A stretch of 64,000 nt of DNA, taken from the human T2T-CHM13v2.0 reference genome, Homo sapiens. The stretch is from the NCBI GenBank assembly GCA_009914755.4, contig CP068257.2, positions 24,736,001 through 24,800,000 on the forward strand. The letters run 5' to 3'. This document shows, piece after piece, positions 1 through 15,057 of the stretch (position 1 is the stretch's first letter; each line of letters starts with the position of its first letter). A model generated the notes under the pieces. The model had not been told where the DNA came from, made no database searches, and saw only the letters and a program-made list of their open reading frames with translations. Both the position numbers and the translations under genes were made by a program.

Positions 1-1082
1 ATATAGTGCTTGATCCCTAACAGCAGATCCAGCTTGCTCCTCTGCTTGGTCTCTGTTCCCCTGCTACCCTCTTTCCACCACTCAGGTCTCAGTCAAACAC
101 TACCCCTTCTCCAAAAGACCTTTCCTGACCACTTTGCTGAAAGAAGTACCCCACTTCCCCTCCACAGTCATTCTCTATCACAGGAACCCACTTTATTATC
201 TCCCTGTGACAGTCGTTCTCTGGAATTATTTTGCATTTTTCTTGCTCACGTTCCATGACCCTCGCCCCATTAGGATAGCTCTTGTGTCTGGTTCATCAGT
301 GCCTAGAACAGTGCTTATCACATGTTATTTGTTCAACAAATATTTATCAGATGAATAAATTGATGGTTCATTCATCGGAAAGCAGTGAGCAGCACTGGCA
401 TGGCCTTTGGTTTTATCATCCAATTTTTTAGTGAAAAAATGGTTTTTAATCTGATCTATTTTGAGCCCATTTTAGTTTCATTGAAAGCCAATTTGCATTT
501 GAACACTTGATCTTGCTAGAGTGAAGCATACTCTAAGATTGACCTGATTTACTCATAATACACAAAAATCAGTAAGTCCTGAGACTTTGTATTATTTCTG
601 TTTCATCCGTGGCATTCATTCTGCTTTCTAACTAACTTATCATAAGTATCTTTTGGTTGTCTGCCAGTCAGTAGGCCAGGGGATCTGGAAATATTCTTCG
701 GGTTGCCATTCTTGATGTTCCAGCACCCAGAGGCAAATGGACACTGATGTGCTTGACAAGAGCCTCCTTTTGTAACCCTATCAGTAATTGCCCTTCCTAT
801 GTGACCCAACGGGGGTTTAGGTAGGATGTGGGCTGCAGCGCTAACTCTGATATCTCCTTGGTGGGTTGGGGAGCCTACCATTGCCACTTCATTCTAATTC
901 ATGCCCCTGGTTTTTCCATACAAGCCTAACTCAGAGATACTGCAAATTCATTTCCAGCCCACCACAATAAAGCGGGTGTTGCAATGAAGCAAGTCGTGGA
1001 AATTTTTTGGTCTCCCAATGCAAATAAAAGTTGTGTTTACACTATGCTATTGTCTATTAAGTGTGCAATAGCATTATGTCTA

Positions 1083-1408
<326 letters not shown>

Positions 1409-4400
1409 GCATACCTCAATTAAAAAATACTTTATTGGTAAACAGTGCTAACAATTATCTGGGCCTTCAGTGAGTTGGAATTTTTTTTTGCTCAAAGAGG
1501 GTCGAATCTTGCTGCTGAGAGCTTTCAACTGGATTAGGCTTTGATTTATGGGACTGTTGTGGTGGTTTGAGCTTCTATCCATACCACTCAGACTTTCTAC
1601 ATATCAATAATATGCTACTTCACTTTTTTTTAATCATTCATGTGTTCACCAGAGTAGCACTTTTAATTTCCTTCAAGAGCTTTTCCTTTGCATTCACAAC
1701 TTGGCTGTTTGATGCAAGAGGCCAAGCTTTTAGCCTATCTCTGTTTTCCACATGACTTTCTCACTAAGCTTAATCATGTCTAACTTTTGATTTTAAGTGA
1801 GAGACATGTGACTCTTTCTTTCACTTGAACATATAGAGGCCATTGTAGGGTTATTAACTGGCCTAATTTCAGTATTGCTATGTGTCAGAGAAGAGGGAGG
1901 CCTGAGGAGAGGATGAGAGATTGAGGAATGACTGGTTGGTGAAGGAGTCAGAACACACACAACATTTACCAGTTAAGTTCACTGTTTTACTGGGTGTCAT
2001 TTGTGGTGCCCCCCAAACAATTACAATAATAACTCAAAGATCACTGAGCATAGATCACCATAAAGGAGAGAATAATAATGAAAGAGTTTGAAATATTGTG
2101 AGAATTCCAAAATGTGACACAGAGACACACAGTGAGAAAAATGGTGCTGATAGACTTGCTCAATGCAGGGTTGCCACAAACCTTCAATTTGTAAAAAATG
2201 CAGAGGCTATGACATGCAATAAAGCAAAATGCAACAAAACAAGGTATACCTGTATTTGCTTTTGGCCTTCTTTGCCTTGCCTCCAATTGAAAATTTGGAT
2301 AATGACCTTGTCTTTCATGACTAGTTGACAGCAGGTATTGTGGACAACTCCCAGTGACTCAGTCCATCCTGATTAATTTAGACTTTGTTAACAATGGAAC
2401 TGTGTAGGACTGGACTTGAGTTTATTCTCCATACTTTGGATTTGATGTTTTTTTTCATCCTCAGGGAGCCAGTTATCCTTCTGTGAGTATCTCTCAACTT
2501 CACTTACTTTGGTGCGATCTAGGCCCTTCATCCAGGCTTCATCTCTTCAAAAGAGTTCCCAGCATGTTTTCCTGCTTATGAGTTATTCCAGTCACAAATT
2601 CATCCAGCCGTCTCCTATAGAAACAGGTGTTCATAAAAATCAAATGCAGAGAGATGTCAAAGATAGAATACATTAAAAGAATATAAACTTACAGCTTATT
2701 TTCAGAAGATTTACCTTAATGGGATGTTAAGCTTTGTTTAGGTATTTAAATAACTGGAGTAAAATTCAATGTTATGCAGACATTTATCATAAGAATATCA
2801 ATAATCAAATTAAGTCCCTGAATAATAAGAGCTACATGCTCTTATTAAGTTAAATTATGGTCACTCATTCAATCTGTTTCCCCTCACCAACATGAAAATG
2901 GGCTTTTCCTGTTTCATAGAAAACTGAACAATTTATTTCAGTCATTGATGGAGTAGGTCAGTGTTTATCTTCATGAGTTGATATTAAATATTCTCTAACT
3001 ATAAAAATTATTAGTGCTACTGTAGCAAAGAAGCATTCCAAGATAAAGAGAGGGAAAATCCCATAGCCAAATTGGAGTTAAAGTAGTAGGATACAGATAG
3101 TATCATGTGCCCAAAGTCAAGATATTCATTCATTCTGTGGATGCATCATATGAAAAAAGTCCAGGAAGGTAGTCCTGAAAGTTAGGGTCTTAGCCAAGGG
3201 GCAACCATGTTTCTTTTGTTTCTGACATTATATACATATAAGAGCACCTTTGGGTGAATATTTCACTATAATAAGTGTAATAATTATTAATTCTCAAGAC
3301 TGATTACAATGCAAGTATCATATTGAATCATTGTATGAATATAAAATATTTAAACCAAATAAAATATATTAGTCATACATTTAAAAATGTTAATCAAATG
3401 TATTTGCCTAGATTCTTTCAAATTGGAAAATTTTTATAATTAATAAACCACTTTAAGAATTGTAAAATACTGAAGCAGATGCTCATCACTCACTGTGGGT
3501 CCTGTCTGTGGAATGAAATGCAGTTCTTTCTGCTTTATTCCTGTTGGTGGTTTGTTTAGCTTTCTTCAAGAGGGAGACATAAAAAATAAGTGAACCACTG
3601 ACATATTGGAGTTACGACAGTTGCCTGTTTTGACCTTGACTTCCACTATAATATTAGGTAATTAGACTAAGAGGAGTCTTTTAAAATAACATACATCAAG
3701 CAACATGTGACTTGATATTGACAGGAAATGTTATCTCTTGTACCTATGAATAGGAAGTTATTTATAAGGAATAGGGTAAAAGGAGTCTTCATGTCCCCAA
3801 ACATCCTTCTGCAGTAGCCAACCATGGGATCTGAGATGCCGCTGTTGTAGATGCTTTCCCTGGGTGCTGATTTCACAGGTCTTGGTAACACCATGAAATG
3901 AAATAGCACCAAGGTTTAACTTGGAGGCACAGGTATTTCCAAATACCGGGAACTCAGAAATCTCATCTTATACTTTCTGTTATTCCTTATAACACCTAAC
4001 AACATGGTAGACTTGCAGTATATGCAATATTGAAAAAAATGTAACAATGAAACTCTTTACAGTCTTTGCAATTATCAAGACACTAAGAAGTTGACTATGT
4101 TATAAAAGAGAAAACCTTTTGACAAATTGTAAGAAAAAATAAAAGGGGTGTCTGCATTAGGTAAAATTCATTCACTTATCCATTTATCAGGCATTCGTTG
4201 AGCACATAACCGGTCCTCAAATAGCAAATATACAGTTGCACTACAAGGAGGATAGGTACTACCTTAGCAGTAGGCTTGTGCAAGGCTGACATTCAGGTGG
4301 TACTCACAGGAAAGCCTGTACTAAATGTTAAAATTAAAGTACCTCTTTACTGGTTGATAGTCACTGTTCCACATCCTCTAAATGACTCTTTGTTGCCCTG

Positions 4401-4418
4401 GCTTCTCTGAACCCTTCC

Positions 4419-6747
4419 TGATATGGTTTGACTGTGTCCCCACCCAATCTCATCTTGAATTGTAGTTCCCATAATCCCCACGTGTCATGGGAGGGACCAG
4501 GCGGAGATAATTAAATCATAGGGGCAGTTTTCCCCGTCTTATTCTTGTGATAGTAAGTGAGTTCTCACAAAATCTGACGGGTTTATAAGTGACTTTTCTT
4601 CCTTTTGCTTGGCACTTCTCCTTGCTGCTGTCATGTGAAGAAGAATGTGTTTGCTTCCCCTTCTGCCAGATTGTAAGTATCCTGAGGTCTCCCCAGTCCT
4701 GTGAAACTGTGAGTCAATTAAACCTCTTTCCTTTATAAATTACCCAGTCTCCAGTATGTATTTATTAGCATGAGAATGGACTAATACAGTAGATTGGTAC
4801 TGCAGAGAGTGGAGTGCTGCTGTAAAGATACCCAAAAATGTGGAAGTGAGTTTGAAACTGGGTATCAAGCAGGGGTTGGAACCATTTGGAGGGCTTGGAA
4901 GAAGACAGGAAAATGTGGGAAAGTTTGGAACTTTCTAGAGATTTAGAGGGCTCAGAAGACAGGAAGATTTGGGAAAGTTTAGAACTTCCTAGAGACTTGT
5001 TGAATAGCTTCGACCAAAATGCTGATAGTGATATGAACAATAAAGTCCAGGCTGAAGTTGTCTCAGATGGAGATGAGGAAATAGTTTGAAACTAGAGCAA
5101 AGGCGACTCTTATTATGCTTTAGCAAAGGGACTGGTGGCATTTTGCCCCTGACCTAGAGATCTGTGGAACTTTGAACTTGAGAGAGATAATTTAAGGTAT
5201 CTGGTGGAAGATATTTATAAGCAGTAAAGCATTCAAGAGGTGATAGAACATAAAAGTTTGGAAAATTTGCAGCCTAATGATGCAGTAGAAAAGAAAAACC
5301 CATTTTCTGGGGATAAATTCAAGCTGACTGCAGAAATTTGCATAAGTTACAAGAAGCCAAATGCTAACCACCAAGGCAATAAGGAAAATGTCTCCAGGGC
5401 ATGTCAGAGACCTTTGGGGAAGCCCCTGCATCACAGGCTGGAGGCCTAGGAGGGAAAAATGGTTTCCTGGGCTGGGCCCATGACCCCCAAGTTCTGTGCA
5501 GCCTTGGGACATGGTGCCTGGCATCACAGCTGCTTCAGTTCCAGCCCTGGCTAAAAGGTGCCAATGTACAGCTCAGGCCATGGTTTCAGAGGATGCAAGC
5601 CCCAAGGCTTGATGACTTACATGTGGTATTGAGCCTGTGGGTGCACAGAAGTCAAGAACTGAGGTTTGGGAACCTCTGCCTAGATTTCAGAGGATGTACA
5701 GAAATGCCCAGATGTCCAGGCAGAAGTCTGCTACAGGGGCAAATCCCTCATGGAGAATCTGCCAGGGCACTGCAGAAGGGAAATGTGGGGTAGGAACCTC
5801 CACACAGAGTCCCCACTGGGCCACTTCCTAGTGGAGATATGAGAAGACGTCATTGTCCTCCAGACCTCAGAATGGCAGATCCACAGACCGCTTGCACCAT
5901 GCATGTGGAAAAGCTGCAGACACTCAAAGCCAGCCCATGAAAGCAGCCAGGATGGGGGTTGTACCTTGCAAAGCCACAGGAGTGGCACTGCCCAAGGCCA
6001 TGGGAGCCCACCTCTTGCATCTGCATGACTTGGATGTGAGACATGGATTCAAACAAGATCATTTTGAAACTTTAAGATTTATTGACTGCCCTATTGGATT
6101 TTGGACTTGCAAGGGGCCTGTAGCCCCTTTGTTTTGGCCATTTTCTCCATTTTGAACAGGTATATTTACCCAATGCCTGTACCTAGGAAGTAATTAACTT
6201 GTTTTTGATTTTACAGGCTCTTAGGAGGAAGGGACTTGCCTTGTCTCAGATGAGACTTTTGACTTGGACTTTTGGGTTAATGCTTCAATGAGTTAAGACT
6301 TTAGGGGACTGTTGAGAAGGCATGGTTGTGTTTTGAAATGTGAGGACATGAGATTTATGAGGGGCCAGGGGTGGAATGATATGATTTGGGTATGTCCCCA
6401 CACAAATCTCATTTTGAATTGTAGTTTCCATAATCCCCACATGTTGTAGGAGGGACCAGGTAGAAATAATTAAATTATGGGGGTGGCTTCCTTCATCCTG
6501 TTCTCATGACAGTGAGTTCTCACGAGATCTGATGGTGTTATAAGGAGCTTTACCTCCTTTCCTTGGCACTTCTCCTTGCTGTCACCATGTGAAGAAGGAT
6601 GTGTTTGCTTCCCCTTCTGCCATGATTGTAAGTTTTCTGAGGCCTCCCCAGCTCTCTGGAACTGTGAGTCAAGTAAACCTCTTTCCTTTGTAAATTACGT
6701 AGTCTCAGGTATGTCTTTATTAGCAGCATGAGAATGGACTAATACAC
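4419..6747 (+). mobile_element. Full-length MaLR (ERVL-MaLR) THE1-class provirus: 5' LTR about 4419-4798, internal region about 4799-6377, 3' LTR about 6378-6747
   Basis: Both LTRs begin tgatatgg(t/a)ttg...cccacccaaatctcat(c/t)ttgaattgtag and end ...gagaatggactaataca, which is the THE1 consensus shape. The about 1.58-kb internal part is homologous to the internal part of the second element at 41491-43004 (ORF-track peptides MEGLEEDRKMWESLEL... and MEGSGEDRKMWESLEL...). A 5-bp direct repeat cttcc flanks both ends. Subfamily (THE1A/B/C versus MSTA) was not resolved by eye. Confidence 0.9.
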
Positions 6748-7237
6748 TTCCTTAGGATTCCCTGTGCTTCATTTTGGTCCAGTAATTAAGATTTGACATC
6801 TAGTACACTACTCCAACCCCAGCACAATTCTGATTGGTTGGTACCAACCTGTTCTTAATTATTTTAAATATTATTACCCCTTTGTACCTGCTGGAAGAGC
6901 AGTGGTTCTCAAGCTTCTGTTACTCTTTAGGATCAAAACAGCTGACTGAGTTCACCCAAGAACTCTCAAATTATAACCCTCCAGGTGGGGTCTGCAGGCT
7001 GGTTAAGAATAGTTGTGTTAGAGGAACATAGCTGAAGGGTATGGCCTGTTACTTGGAAAGGGACTCACCAGTTACATAATGAGACCTTTGTCTGGGGAAG
7101 GAGCAACTCTAAGCCAGTGGGTCTCAATCTTGGCTGCCCATTGGAATGAATAATAAGGAAAAAAACCCCAATACCAGGATGTTATTCCAGAGATTCCAGT
7201 TTAATTGGACTGGAGTGTGGCCTGGGCACTGAGTTGT

Positions 7238-7261
7238 TCTTTTTTTTTTTTTTTTTTTTTT
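7238..7261. repeat. poly(T) homopolymer of about 24 nt
   Basis: Uninterrupted T run read directly. It is not attached to a recognisable Alu or L1 body and may be an orphan tail. Confidence 0.8.
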
Positions 7262-7364
7262 AAACACTTCCCATCCATTTTTATGTGCAGCCAAAGTCGA
7301 GACCCACTGCTTTAAGCAGAGAATAAAGCAAGTTAGAACATCTAGCCTTGAAAGTATGTATAAA

Positions 7365-7590
7365 TGGACACAGGAAGGGGAACATCACACTCTGGGGACT
7401 GTTGTGGGGTTGGGGGAGGGATAGCATTGGGAGATATACCTAATGCTAGATGACGAGTTAGTGGGTGCAGCGCACCAGCATGGCACATGTATACATATGT
7501 AATTAACCTGCACATTGTGCACATGTACCCTAAAACTTAAAGTATAATAATAAAAAATAAAATAAAATAAAATATAAACTTTAAAAAAAA
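7365..7590 (+). mobile_element. L1 (L1PA-like) extreme 3' UTR fragment with A-rich tail
   Basis: Matches the L1 3' terminus: ggacacaggaaggggaacatcacactctggggactgttgtggggttggggg...cctaatgctagatgacgagttagtgggtgcagcgcaccagcatggcacatgtatacatatgtaa(t/c)taacctgcacattgtgcacatgtaccctaaaacttaaagtataataataaaaaataaaataaaa. Confidence 0.9.
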
Positions 7591-8746
7591 AGAAAGTATG
7601 TATAAGTGGCTTGGAAATAGAAGAAAAAGGATATATTGATAACATGTGTGTGTGTGAGACAGAGAGCAAGAGACAGGGAAAGAGCATGTAAATTAAATTA
7701 ACTAAATAAAGGGATATAGTATAAAAGGACTCAAAGACAGATTTTCTTAAGGTTTTCCTAGATCCTAGTAATTGCATTATTATCATTTGGTTTTCTTTAG
7801 TGTGTCTCCCAGTGATTGACAGATTGGGCAATTCTGATCATAAGGATTCTGGTCTCTAAGTGTCCAGAATGTATAGAGCATTATAAAAACAGCTTAGCTT
7901 ACTAATTGCAGCTTCCTTCCCTCTTTGCAGCTTCTTTTCCTAACTCTGCACTGCAGGCCCAGTATATTTTGTAACCCCCCCAAATCTCATTTGCGGCCAG
8001 AATTGTGACATCAACTCTTTTTTTTCTGGTGTGGTTTGGAATTAAATCATGGTGAGAACTAATTTCAGAACCCTCGGGCGAGTCATGGCTGTTTGAGCAA
8101 CTCTTAACTTTGCAGCTTTCATAAGTGCTCATTGTCTAAATGTATGCCCATTTCTTGGAACTGAGCTTCTATTTTGAATCTAACTTTGTATTGTCAATAC
8201 CCTCTAGGCAAATACCACCAGGAACACACCTATAATCAAACAAATTGAGTTTATGATTTGTTGCAGAAGGAGAACATATACTGTAGGAAACTATGGGGTG
8301 TCTAAGAGAGCGGGTGTTAGAAAGACCTTCTTACAGGATTTGGGCTTTGGTTGAGTGATGTCAGAGAGGGTCCACAAAGCAGGTGTTCACTCTCGATTGA
8401 ACGCTGTCAGAAAGTGGGGGCAATTCTATAATTGGGTATCTTAATATATCTTATTTATAGAGATGGTAGATTAATTATAAAGTAGCAGTCACACATTTTG
8501 GCTAAGAGACAAAATATCTGGCATTTTGTGGGTAGCATAGTGACCTTGGTTTTATCTTTCCTTGGATAAAATTATGAAGTGGACTTGTTTTACCTCACTT
8601 TATCATGGTCTCAGAGTAAACTCGTTTGACGTTGGCATTCTGTGAGATTGTTTAACAGGAGAATAACTTGACATAACTGTGTGTGCTACACCAGCTTCTG
8701 GGGGCCAGGGCTGCCTTTCCCCTACTACTTCTCAGTAGTGTGCATG

Positions 8747-9042
8747 TTTTTGTTTTTTTTGACAAGGTTTCACTGTCATCCAGGCTGGAGTGCAGTGGTG
8801 CGATCACAGTTCACTGCAGCCTTGACTTCTTGGGTTCAGGTGATTCTGCCACCTCAGCTTCCTGAGTAGCTGGGATTACAGGCATGCACCACCATACCCA
8901 GCTAATTTTTTTGTAGTTTTCGTAGAGATGGGGTTTTGCCATGTTGCCCAGGGCTAGTTTCAAACCCCTGGGCTCAAGTGATCTGCCCACTTTGGCTTCC
9001 CAAAATGTTGGGATTACATGCCTGAACCACTGTCCCCAGCCC
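8747..9042 (-). mobile_element. Alu (AluS/J-like), minus orientation
   Basis: poly-T at the left end, then the reverse complement of the Alu right and left monomers, ending ...cactgtccccagcc. Confidence 0.9.
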
Positions 9043-9924
9043 TGCATGGTTATACTGCCCAAAATCCCAGTTTCTTTCTAAAACTAGTGTTACAGCTCTT
9101 TTACTCCCATGGTTAGACAAGTTCTGAGTTCTTGTCCCACAACTGAGAAGAATGAGGTACACAGACATCAGAAAGTGAGTAAGGCAGAATAGAATTTATT
9201 GAGCAACAGAAACACTCTTGACAGTGAGAGGGGACCCAAAGGTGTGTTGCTAGCCATGAGGCTAAGTCTAGGGATTTTTATGGGCTTGAAATGGGGAAGT
9301 GCATGCTGGTTGGTCTATGAGTATGTTTGAAAAAGCACCATTCAGAAATAGGCACAATAGTGTAGATGACCTTTTGGGGAAGGGTATGTCTACATAAAAT
9401 AGGTGAAGGAAAAGGACCAATTTGGAGAGAGCATGCCAAATGGAAATGGGAGCTCTCGATCTGGTTCGTGGATTTACACTTTGGTTTTCAGGCTTTAGAT
9501 TGTCCTTGGCTTGAAGGTTGAGTTTCACTGGGGACCCATCCCTTTTTGCCTAGGAATTTACCTGCCATGGTGATGGTGGTTCTGTAGCCACTGCAGAGGA
9601 TGGGATAAAGTTCTGAAGGCCTAAAAGCTGACCTCACACTGCAGCCTGCCACTTTGGTTCTATCTTGTCAAGCTTCCTTCCCAATAACTGAATGGGTCCC
9701 ACTGTTACCAACTCTTGCTTCCGTTGAACTTGTTCTGACAACCTTACTGAACAAGCCAATGATTCTGCTGGCCCAGCTTGTTCAACTCTGGTAGTTGCAT
9801 GAAGCTAGTTATGGTGACCAGAATTTCTCTTCTTTTCAGCACATCACCACCTTCTGCTAGCTATGCAATGCTCTCCATCCTACAGGACTCACATCCAGGT
9901 GAGTTTGTGTGAGAAGAAACACTT

Positions 9925-10223
9925 ATTTTATTTTATTTTTTGGGACAGAGTTTCACTCTTGTCACCCAGGCTATAGTGCAATGGTGCAATTTCAGCTCAC
10001 TGCAACCTCTGCCTCCCAGGTTCAAGTGATTCTCCTGCCTCAGCCTCCTGAGTAGCTGGGATTACAGGTGTGCACCACCATACCTGGCTAGTTTTTGTAT
10101 TTTAGTAGAGACGAGGTTTGACCATGTTGGCCAGGTTGGTCTCGAACTCCTGACTTCAGATGATGTGCCCAACTTGGCCTCCCGAAGTGCTGGGATTACA
10201 GGCATGAGCCACTGTGCCTGGCC
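9925..10223 (-). mobile_element. Alu (AluS-like), minus orientation
   Basis: ttttattttatttttt tail then gagacagagtttcactcttgtcacccaggctatagtgca...ggcatgagccactgtgcctggcc. Confidence 0.95.
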
Positions 10224-10430
10224 TGAAACACTTACACTGAGTCAAATTTGTCTCTTTAAACCTCTCTTCTAACTTTGTTCTGTTTCTGCATGACAGCCCT
10301 TTAGAATTTTTATTGATTACATGTTTGCTGAATGAATACATCGTCTCCAAAATACCAGCATTTAGTAATATGTAGCCTTTTCTTTTGTTTAGGAAGCTTG
10401 GAATATTAAAAACAAATGTGAAATATATGA

Positions 10431-10813
<383 letters not shown>

Positions 10814-13800
10814 CATGGTAGACACACTTTCAATGAAAAATGAGAAACAAAGGGAGTCATAGGCATTTACAGTTGCCTAATCTTTCTAACTCAACTTCCT
10901 GCTTGAAAAAAAATTTCCTGTGACTCTCTGACATAATTACACAGTCACCCAGGAATGCTGGATGGTCACATCATAGGGAATATTAAACAGAAAAACAATA
11001 ATAAAAAGAATGTGTATAACAGGAAGAAAGAAGGCAATATTAGAAGCATCCCTGCAAAGAACAGATGCAAAGATTTTTCCATTGTTGTGGAAAGGAACTT
11101 GAAATGCAAAGACAAGGCCAAATGACTCGCTCAAGGTCACCTGGGACCTCAGGGCAGAATGAAAGAGTAGATTATTGTCATGCTGTATCCACCAGACCAT
11201 GATGTCTCAGTAGCAATGTACCTGCAGGCTAAAGTCACATGTCACATAGTTAGCACACTGCTCCCTGCCAGACTTGAAGATAGCAGAATCACTGTTTTAG
11301 GAGAAAGATTTAAAGCTGTCATTAATGAATCCAAGTAGCTGTTTTTGTAAGTACATAAATATCTCTAGTATGGAGAGGCAGAATTAAGTCTTGATAGCCA
11401 CCTCACAAATGTTGACTATAAATGTTTGGTTAGTGACAAGTCTAGCTAAAAAGGAAATAGAATATTTATGAACTGTCATGAAAAGGAATCTCTGCAAGGC
11501 TCACATTTAGACAACAGTGCAATGAAGGCAATCTTATGAGTTATTCAAGAGAATCGTCTTGGGAACTGGCTCTATGGTAATTCTGAGAATTACCTATATA
11601 AATAAAGTCAAATTGGGAAGGTGGGCCGTTCTGTTTTTACATAGAAAAAATCATTTGAGTTTCTAGGACACTGTCTAAGATGTACTAAAATGGAGATTAT
11701 CACTTGCTTATTTTCTTGAAAAACCATTAACATAGTACAATACAACAGAAGAGTAGTGGCCAATAGATTCCAAACCAGAAGGAATGTTTATGGAAGCACA
11801 CACACACACAAAAAGACTCCACAACTTACTTACATTACTTTTATAATATTCCTAATTATTATAGTGGTTTGAAAGAGGTCAAATGTTACATCTAAATATA
11901 AAAGATTAGACTTATAAATGACAAGATTGTACTGACCCCAATATTCTATAGGGTTGAAAACAAAATACAATTGACCTTCATGATACACCTGATATAATGC
12001 AGGTCTTTGTTGTACATCAGATTACATTCTGCCTGTCTTGAAATAATAATGGCATTCTTTATGAAGCCATTTGATTAACTAGAATCATGAGCTTTGCAGG
12101 AGGAAATGAATAGTGGCAAGAATGACTTGCTTTCTGAGTAAACATAGCCTAGGGAAATGTTTTCCTGGGAGAGCACTCTCCATTCTCCACCTCCCCTGGT
12201 GTGTCCTCTGACTAAGTAGTTCTTCCCGTACTGCATCGCTGCCCAGAATATTCTGAAGACAGCCTCCCACCCCACCCCACCTCATCATGCTCTTCCAGGA
12301 CAGCTACAGGAAGAAAAGGAGATAACAGAATCTAATGATGTCCCATAAGATCTCCAGTCAAGGTGTGAACATGAAGCTCCAGTGAGTAATGTGGTGTCTC
12401 ACATCTATAAATGCCTTATGTGTGACTGATGCATTCTTGAGACATGTCCAGGACAAGTAGAATTAAGTCTTGATGGCTGCCTCTGATGATCACACCCTCA
12501 TCAGCAGTCTGATCTATGCTTTGTTTGCAAACCCGGACCTTGTTGTGGCCTGCAACTCCCCACAGGCTCTCTCCCCAGCTGTCAAGCCTCTTCTAAAACA
12601 CACTTCCCCTTTAGAGAGGGCCGTCTTCACTCATGTTAGAACCTGACACTCCGAGAGACTTTCCTCTCACCAGCTGGTTTTGACTGTGGCAGAAATGTTG
12701 TTGACATAGCAGATGGTCTTGATATTTCTGAAAACCGGCAACATCTTTGCCATGGCCACCCCCACACTCTTGGCTACTGTTTCTCCTTCAAGTAGTTTGG
12801 GTCATTTTTAGCAAACCTGTATGTTCCAATATTTTTTCTTAAATATCAGAACAGGGAACAGTGTAAGACAAAAGTCTCCTAAAATATAGACCAAGGCAGA
12901 ATATGAGGGCTGTTTTGCAGAAAACCCAAAAGCTGAAATAAATTCTATTTTTAATCAGATTCTTTGATGAATTAGAATGAGCAAAAAGTGAGCAGATTTT
13001 AAATATTTGTGGTCTGAAATATCAGGCAGTAAGGTATGGCTAATGGATTGTGCTATAAGAAGTAGAGTCTGATATTCATGATGTTTGAAAGCCTCTTAAA
13101 ACAATATACCAGTGAGTAATGTTTATCCTTATTGAACACAAGGTGACTTGAGAGAAGGGTAAGTGCAACTGGATTAGAGATTATTACTTAGTAGTAACTC
13201 TAGAGCCAAAGCAAATCTAAGACACCGTAACAATGTGATGACCTGGGACCCAATCCAGTCATCCTGAAAAATTAAAAGCAGACTGATTTATTATTTCCTT
13301 GCTTGCTCCTTGCAGGCAGGCACTCTGAACACTCTCTTAAACTCACTAGATAATGGTATAAACAGCTCTGCTTCATTTCGGAGATATCTGTACAATTTTA
13401 GAAAATGCTTATTCTCCTGGAAAGGACTTTCACACAGATGGGAAGTAGGCATGAGCACTGCAGGCCCTGCCAGGTTCAGTCAGCTTCTTGAGTCAACATC
13501 ACTATCCAGGCCTGTAGCACTCATGATTGAGAGTGTCATTTGGATTGGCTAACAAAGGACAGTTGAGAACTCTGCCTCCAAAATGTCACAGTTAAAACAC
13601 AGCTTACTAGATACAAATCCTGCCTTCTCATGGTAATATCAATGATCCGTACAGCAGTGAAATGTGGAGCTAATTGATTCCTTTGAATGCCAAAAGCAGG
13701 GTCCTAAGGATAAGAACGCAGTGGAGTCATATGGATGGATGGGGTATATAAAAAGGATGGGAGGAATTTGTGGAAGTGTAAACGTGGCATGTCCCATGTA

Positions 13801-14679
13801 AGGCAAGCTGAATGAGGAAAACCAATTTGGGTGTCAGGTGTATGGTGGGGTGGGATGGCAAGAAGACTCACGCATGGCACAAGACAGCAGAGAGGGTAAT
13901 GGGTAATGCAGGGATTGTCATGAGAAGCTAGGGGTGGAGAAGCACTGGGTATATGATGTGTTATAATTTCTAGTTCCTTCCTGTTTTGTTGATTACATTA
14001 GTAGTGTCTCCAAAGGAACACAATGCTTGAAATAAAAGATTCTTTTCATAATGGAAAATGACTTACTTATAAAAAATATTCTGTAAACCCTACCATCAAT
14101 CTGGCTTATCTCCAAGCACAGAAAAGCAAGATAATTAAGAGAACTGAGACAATGTGAAAAACAGTTAACGACTAGATGAAACGGACACCAAACCAATCAG
14201 AAGAGACGTAGAGCTAGATTCTTTGCTAGATCATTGGGAGGTCAGGAGGACCCAGCAGTGGTATGGGAGGGGATTTGGGATAATTCTAAGGGTACCAAAG
14301 CATTTCAGTATTTTAATACACAGTCACACCAGCTAAATACAAGCCCTGAAGGTAACCAACATTTCTTATAAGTCATGTCTTATAATAGAAATATTTAATA
14401 AAGTTTTTAGAGCCAAGGAAAGAGCCATATCTGAGACCCTTCTCACTTGTTAAAGGCTCCTTACTCATTATCAACCTACATCTGTCAACCAAATGAAACA
14501 AAGTATAAAATAAGAATCCTCCTACATCTTTTCTCGTTAATGGAAGACAGTAGCTTCAAGGAAAAAGTAAAGATTCAGCAAAGGGTTTAAATACAGGCCA
14601 CATTTAACATAGGTCCAGTTGATTTGATCCTTTCAGATCAGCCTCTGAATTCTTGTTGTTCACCAGTAAATACATATTT

Positions 14680-15057
14680 TGTGTTAGTCCATTTTCATAC
14701 TACTATAAAGAAATACCTGAGACTGGGTAATTTATAAAGGAAAGAGGTTTGATTGACTCACAGTTCCACATGGCTGGGGAGGTCTCAGGAAACTTACAAT
14801 CATGGCAGAAGGAAAACGAGAAACAGACATCTTCTGCACAGGGCAGCAAAGTGGAGGTAGTACAAGCAAGGGAAATACCAGACACTTATAAAACCATCAG
14901 ATCTCGTGAAACTCACTCATTATCTCAAGAACAGCATGGGGGAAACTGCCCTCATGATCCAATTACCTCCACCTGGTCCCGCCCTTGGCACATGGGGATT
15001 ATGGGATTTACAATTCAAGGTGAGATTTAGGTGGGGACACAGAGCCAAACCATATTA
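14680..15057 (-). mobile_element. Solo MaLR THE1-class LTR, minus orientation
   Basis: Reverse complement of the THE1 LTR: tgtgttagtccattttcatactactataaagaaatacctgagactgggtaatttataaaggaaagaggtttgattgactcacagttccacatggctgggg ... ggggattatgggatttacaattcaaggtgagatttaggtggggacacagagccaaaccatatta. Confidence 0.9.

Noticed and set aside
5192-6155. Cluster of overlapping 100-130-aa ORFs on both strands (5192-5527, 5401-5793, 5853-6155). The mirror cluster is at 41927-42776.
   Set aside because: Both clusters lie inside the internal regions of the two THE1 elements. The ORFs are decayed retroviral reading-frame remnants from THE1-int, which is non-coding or gag-like, with frameshifts. They are not host genes.
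7900-8060. THE1-like motif cccccaaatctcatttgcggccagaattgtgacatcaact
   Set aside because: Only about 15 nt resemble the THE1 LTR 5' end, and the rest does not follow the consensus. It is probably a chance match or a very short fragment.
9060-9900. Possible additional old repeat or ERV fragment between two Alus
   Set aside because: I could not recognise any consensus. It may be unique sequence or a highly diverged MIR/L2/MER copy. No claim is made.
11370-12480. Short shared string agaattaagtcttgat(a/g)gc(c/t)(a/g)cctc at 11378-11402 and 12448-12472
   Set aside because: Only about 25 nt match, with no extension on either side. This is insufficient to call a repeat.
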